From Candidatus Poribacteria bacterium (GTDB lineage: Bacteria; Poribacteria; WGA-4E; PCPOR2b), in the NCBI GenBank assembly GCA_965208325.1, contig OZ242326.1, positions 4,544,001 to 4,608,000 of the forward strand: DNA of 64,000 bases. The letters run 5' to 3'. Positions 59,687 to 64,000 of this stretch are shown piece after piece. The notes under the pieces are model-generated. The model made no database searches, had not been told where the DNA came from, and saw only the letters and a program-made list of their open reading frames with translations. Both the position numbers and the translations under genes were made by a program. The number at the start of each line of letters is the position of its first letter. The first letter of the stretch is position 1.

Positions 59687-60595
59687 ATGGGAATAACAAT
59701 CAATCCAGAAAGGACAAAAATCGGCTGGGTTGGGACTGGCGTAATGGGACGCTGGATGTGCCAGCATATCATAAATCTCGGATATTCTGCAACTGTCTAC
59801 AGCCGAACAAAGGAAAAAGCACAACCATTACTCGATAGCGGGGCGATGTGGGCAGATGACCCGCGTAAAGTTGCGGAAGCGTCTGATGTAATCTTCACAA
59901 TCGTTGGTTTTCCACCGGATGTGCGGGAAGTGTATCTTGGCGATAACGGCATCTTAAAGGGCACCAAAACAGGTGACATCATCGTTGACATGACAACCAC
60001 TGAACCGTCACTTGCGCAAGAGATTTATGAACAGGCAAGGAGGCGGGGAGTTTCCTCAATTGATGCCCCCGTGTCAGGAGGCGATGTCGGCGCACGCGAA
60101 GCGCGCCTTTCCATTATGGTGGGTGGAGAATCCGAAGTTGTTGAAACCATCATGCCGCTTCTCGAAGCAATGGGAAAAAACATCGTGCATCAGGGAGCTG
60201 CGGGAGCTGGCCAGCACACCAAGATGTGCAATCAGATAACAATTGCCGGAACGATGATAGGTGTTTGTGAAGGGTTATTCTACGGATACAAGGCAGGTTT
60301 GGATTTGAAGACAATGCTCTCATCGATTAGCGGCGGTGCAGCAGCGTGTTGGGCCTTGAGTAATCTTGCCCCCCGAATTCTGGAGCGTGATTTCGATCCG
60401 GGCTTTTTCGTTGAACACTTCATTAAGGATATGGGTATCGCGCTTGATGAAGCCGAGAAAATGGACATGAGTCTTCCCGGACTAGCACTGGTACACCAGC
60501 TATATCTCGCTGTTAAAGCCCAAGGCCATGGGCGTCTTGGCACGCAAGCGCTTATGTTAGCTCTAGAGCAGATGTCGAATGCGAAAGTTGATTAG
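59687..60595 (+). CDS. Beta-hydroxyacid dehydrogenase (3-hydroxyisobutyrate/tartronate semialdehyde reductase family)
   Basis: [25 protein letters not shown]...H..KD. Confidence 0.92.
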   Translation: MGITINPERTKIGWVGTGVMGRWMCQHIINLGYSATVYSRTKEKAQPLLDSGAMWADDPRKVAEASDVIFTIVGFPPDVREVYLGDNGILKGTKTGDIIVDMTTTEPSLAQEIYEQARRRGVSSIDAPVSGGDVGAREARLSIMVGGESEVVETIMPLLEAMGKNIVHQGAAGAGQHTKMCNQITIAGTMIGVCEGLFYGYKAGLDLKTMLSSISGGAAACWALSNLAPRILERDFDPGFFVEHFIKDMGIALDEAEKMDMSLPGLALVHQLYLAVKAQGHGRLGTQALMLALEQMSNAKVD

Positions 60596-60891
60596 AATTT
60601 GCTAACACTTCATATTCCCAACCTTCTCGAATGCTGCAATTTTAGCACGCCGTCTCCGATCCAAATGGAGTTTTGAAATCGCCCCAATCGGTATTGGAAT
60701 TGGTCAAATACATCCAATGCCCAAATGACCAATCGAACCACCGCGTCGCGTGAAGGAATGCTTGGTAGAAGCAGAATACAATCTTAACCGTAAATATCAG
60801 TCTTTTCCGGTATGCCGAGCGGTTTTTTCGCGCGAATTGATGCATAATTTGGAAACGGTTTATTTTTTTCTGCGTTTTGTACAACAAATAC

Positions 60892-60921
60892 TTGACGATG
60901 TATCACTAACTATTGTATAAT
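60892..60921 (+). promoter_or_regulatory. Sigma70-type promoter upstream of rho
   Basis: TTGACG-18 bp-TATAAT. Confidence 0.6.
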
Positions 60922-61479
60922 AGCACATTCATGACGGAAATTTCCCCCCAATAATCACCAATTATCCACCGCACAGATTTGCTTCGTCTGAGCCTGCTTT
61001 ACTACTTCAAAGTAACTTTGAAGCCTCTTCTATTGGACTTTTTCAGTGATGGCGGAATCTGCGCCGCAAATTTTGGAAGTTTATGTCAGTGATTTAAGTC
61101 TCAACCGCCCAAATACCCTGCATAGCGTAGTAAAACCTATCCAATCCTTGAGAATGTCGATTGAGCAATAATCGGTAAGTGTTTTGTGAAAGATTTCTGG
61201 TATTGGATGGAAAAACTCGCAAATTCTGCATGTTTCCGAAGCGGTTTATGCCTTTGATTTAAAATCCAACCTAAAATAATTATGTGTCTTCATGCCCGAT
61301 AATCCAACCTATTTTTTCATAAGTTTGTTCTTTTCTTTGAGTATATTTACAGTGGGGTCAGTGCAAATTTGCATGTTAGAAATGCGTCACGTTCATCTTT
61401 GAAAAGATGAATGCGTGCGTAGGCTATTTATGAACAACTTACAAAATGTGATGGTTGTTAATGAGGAGTAACTAACAAT

Positions 61480-62799
61480 ATGGAGAATGTGGACATTACT
61501 AAACTCCAAGAATCGACAATCTCCGAACTCAATACTATGGCTCGGAAACTTGGCTTGAGCGGTTATAGTGGTCTCCGAAAACAAGATTTGATAACTCGGA
61601 TTCTAGAGGCCAAAGCGGCGAGCAGCGGTTCGTTGTTTGGAGGAGGTATTCTTGAGATATTAACGGATCGAGATCAAGGGTATGGTTTCCTCCGTTCATC
61701 TCGATATAACTATTTGCAAAGCAATGATGATATTTATGTGTCTCCTTCTCAGATTCGTAAGTTTGGTCTGCGCACGGGACATGAAGTTCAGGGGCAAATC
61801 CGTCCGCCTAAGAAGGATGGCAACAAAGAAGAATATTACTTTGCGTTATTGAAAATTGAAGAAGTCAATGGTGAAAATCCTGAATTCGCAAAGGACAAAA
61901 TTCTCTTTGATAATTTGACGCCTGTGTACCCCTATGAACAGTTAAAACTTGAACACGATCCGCTCGAATTTTCAACTAGAATTGTCGATTTGATGTCGCC
62001 TATTGGTAAAGGGCAACGCGGTCTTATTATTGCACCACCTTACAGTGGTAAAACGACGCTTTTGAAAAATATTGCCAGCGGTATCACCGCGAATCATCCA
62101 GAGGTGATGTTGATTGTGCTATTGATTGATGAACGCCCTGAGGAAGTCACTGATGTTGCACGCTCCGTTAAAGGAGAGGTTATCAGCTCGACTTTCGACG
62201 AGCATCCCGAGCGCCATGTACAAGTAGCAGAAATTGTTATTGAAAAGGCGCAAAGGTGGGTGGAATATGGCAAAGATGTAGTGATTTTGTTGGATAGCAT
62301 GACTCGGCTGGCGCGTGCATATAATGTTGTAGCGCCCCACAGCGGCAAAACGTTAACGGGCGGATTGGATGCACTTGCTTTCATTAAACCTAGAAAACTT
62401 TTTGGTGCTGGGCGAAAGATTGAAGAGGGGGGTAGCTTAACCATTATGTCCACGGCACTGATTGATACGGAAAGCCGTGCTGACGAACACATTTATGAAG
62501 AATTCAAGGGTACGGCTAACATGGAAATACACTTAGAACGATCACTGTTAGATCGACGAATTTTTCCATCAATTAACATCAATAAATCGAAGACGCGACG
62601 AGAAGAGCTATTACTTAAACCAGAAGTACTTAGCAAAGTATGGCTTTTGCGAAAGTTCATGGGCCAGATGAGCACCGCTGAATCAATGGAACTCTTTGTG
62701 GAACAGCTAGGCAAAACAGACTCCAATGAGGCGTTTTTGGAGATGATGGTTGATAACAAGCCGAAAAACCCACCTTCGCGAGGGCGGTACCAATGGTAA
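61480..62799 (+). CDS. rho: Transcription termination factor Rho
   Basis: GYGFLR, DIYVSPSQIR, GKGQR, PP.SGKT, IDERPEEVTD, LDS.TRLARAYN, EEFKGT.NME. Confidence 0.99.
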   Translation: MENVDITKLQESTISELNTMARKLGLSGYSGLRKQDLITRILEAKAASSGSLFGGGILEILTDRDQGYGFLRSSRYNYLQSNDDIYVSPSQIRKFGLRTGHEVQGQIRPPKKDGNKEEYYFALLKIEEVNGENPEFAKDKILFDNLTPVYPYEQLKLEHDPLEFSTRIVDLMSPIGKGQRGLIIAPPYSGKTTLLKNIASGITANHPEVMLIVLLIDERPEEVTDVARSVKGEVISSTFDEHPERHVQVAEIVIEKAQRWVEYGKDVVILLDSMTRLARAYNVVAPHSGKTLTGGLDALAFIKPRKLFGAGRKIEEGGSLTIMSTALIDTESRADEHIYEEFKGTANMEIHLERSLLDRRIFPSININKSKTRREELLLKPEVLSKVWLLRKFMGQMSTAESMELFVEQLGKTDSNEAFLEMMVDNKPKNPPSRGRYQW

Positions 62800-62845
62800 T
62801 TTATTTTGTAGTCAATTTTCTAGTTTTATGGGGGAGGTTGTCAAC

Positions 62846-63064
62846 GTGAAAACCGGTATTCATCCGCAGACGATGGAGTGTGTCATCAATTGTGTTTGCG
62901 GTGCAACATATGAAACTACTTCGACCAAGCCTCAGATTCGGATTGAAGTTTGTGCGAAATGCCATCCCTATTACACCGGGCAGCAGACAATGATTGATAC
63001 GGCAGGCCGTGTGGAGAATTTCCGAAGAAAATATGGGATTTCCGCAGAAACCGAGGCTGACTAA
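62846..63064 (+). CDS. rpmE: 50S ribosomal protein L31 (zinc-binding type)
   Basis: GTG start after GGAGG; K.GIHP, C.C..C..CHP.YTG, GRVE.F. Confidence 0.96.
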   Translation: MKTGIHPQTMECVINCVCGATYETTSTKPQIRIEVCAKCHPYYTGQQTMIDTAGRVENFRRKYGISAETEAD

Positions 63065-63271
63065 AGCAGTTAATTTTTTAATTATAGTGAGCATGCAATT
63101 TAACACCGTGAATTTCCGGGGGCAAGCAGCCATCATAAAACGATGATGCATGCCCCCATTTGTTAGCGGTAATCTGTATTTCGTCATTGATAAAAGAGAA
63201 AATTATTGTGTTCGAAGGTATATTCAATACAGCCGTCTTGAAGTATTCACTCTCAAAATTGTATTTGCCAT

Positions 63272-64000
63272 ATGTTAGAAAAGCTAAAAGATTTTGAATC
63301 CAAATATCAAGACATTGAAAATGCGTTAGCTGATCCAGTACAAATAGCTAATCACCAAAGGTTGCAGCAGCTCAGCAAGGCGCACGCGGAGTTAGCGCCG
63401 ATAGTCTCCACCTATAAAGAATACCAAATAACAGAGAGAGATATTCAGAACACATTGTCGCTCATTGAGCAAGAAACCGAAGAAGAATTTATCGAGTTTG
63501 CCAAGAGTGAACTCGATTCTCTGAATAGTCAGAAAGAGCGTTTAGAAGCCCAACTCAGAATTCTAATGCTTCCCAAAGATCCAAACGATGAAAAAAATGT
63601 AATCATGGAGATTCGTGCGGGCACGGGCGGCGAGGAAGCGTGCTTGTTTGCAGCCGAACTCTTCAGAATGTATGCAAGATACGCTGAAAATCAGGGTTGT
63701 AAAATAGATTTGCTTAGTTCGCACAACACCGGATTGAAAGGATTTAAGGAGGTTATATTCACAGCACAAGGACGTGGTGCTTACAGTAAACTCAAATTTG
63801 AAGGAGGAATCCATCGAGTGCAACGTATCCCTGCGACGGAGGCGAGCGGCCGAATCCATACGTCGGCTGTTACTGTTGCGGTATTGCCAGAAGCTGAAGA
63901 TGTTGATTTGAGCATCAATTCGGAAGATTTGCAGATTGATGTGTACCGATCATCCGGGCCAGGCGGCCAGAGCGTAAATACAACCGATTCCGCGGTACGC
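63272..64000 (+). CDS. prfA: Peptide chain release factor 1 (truncated by window end; absent from the ORF track)
   Basis: ATG at 63272 gives MLEKLK...EIRAGTGGEEA...HRVQRIPATE (PxT, RF1-specific)...SSGPGGQSVN. Confidence 0.96.
   Translation, partial: MLEKLKDFESKYQDIENALADPVQIANHQRLQQLSKAHAELAPIVSTYKEYQITERDIQNTLSLIEQETEEEFIEFAKSELDSLNSQKERLEAQLRILMLPKDPNDEKNVIMEIRAGTGGEEACLFAAELFRMYARYAENQGCKIDLLSSHNTGLKGFKEVIFTAQGRGAYSKLKFEGGIHRVQRIPATEASGRIHTSAVTVAVLPEAEDVDLSINSEDLQIDVYRSSGPGGQSVNTTDSAVR

Noticed and set aside
63563..63859. Minus-strand 98-aa ORF
   Set aside because: Antisense to prfA.

Overview
Bacterial chromosome segment. The lineage is probably Candidatus Poribacteria or a similar sponge-symbiont group; this is an inference from the long TPR proteins, repeated PhyH dioxygenases, PD40/LamG proteins with a shared C-terminal W-x-x-I/L-K motif, and dense GTAG-type REPs. 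(1) Positions 214-15478 (minus strand) form a defence island: mazEF; Schlafen/AlbA_2-HATPase + ParA + AAA_21 ATPase; then a type IIG-like N6-adenine methyltransferase, an FRG-TPR protein, a chimeric TIR-TPR protein ending in a second TaqI-like DNA target-recognition domain, and a translationally coupled PrrC-like ABC-ATPase/HEPN protein. Palindromic elements and a duplicated methyltransferase 3' end sit at the gene junctions. This four-gene module is the best candidate for an undescribed system. (2) Positions 18738-31214 carry an ElbD-like four-domain enzyme (acyl-CoA reductase, adenylation, ACP, acyltransferase) with a HAD hydrolase, plus a nearby Zn-dehydrogenase and LarA-like pair, suggesting ether-lipid synthesis. 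(3) The rest holds accessory and secreted proteins and housekeeping genes (folB, ino1, nadC, rho, rpmE, prfA truncated by the window end). No rRNA, tRNA, CRISPR array, transposase or integrase was recognised. All domain calls are by motif recognition, not database search.
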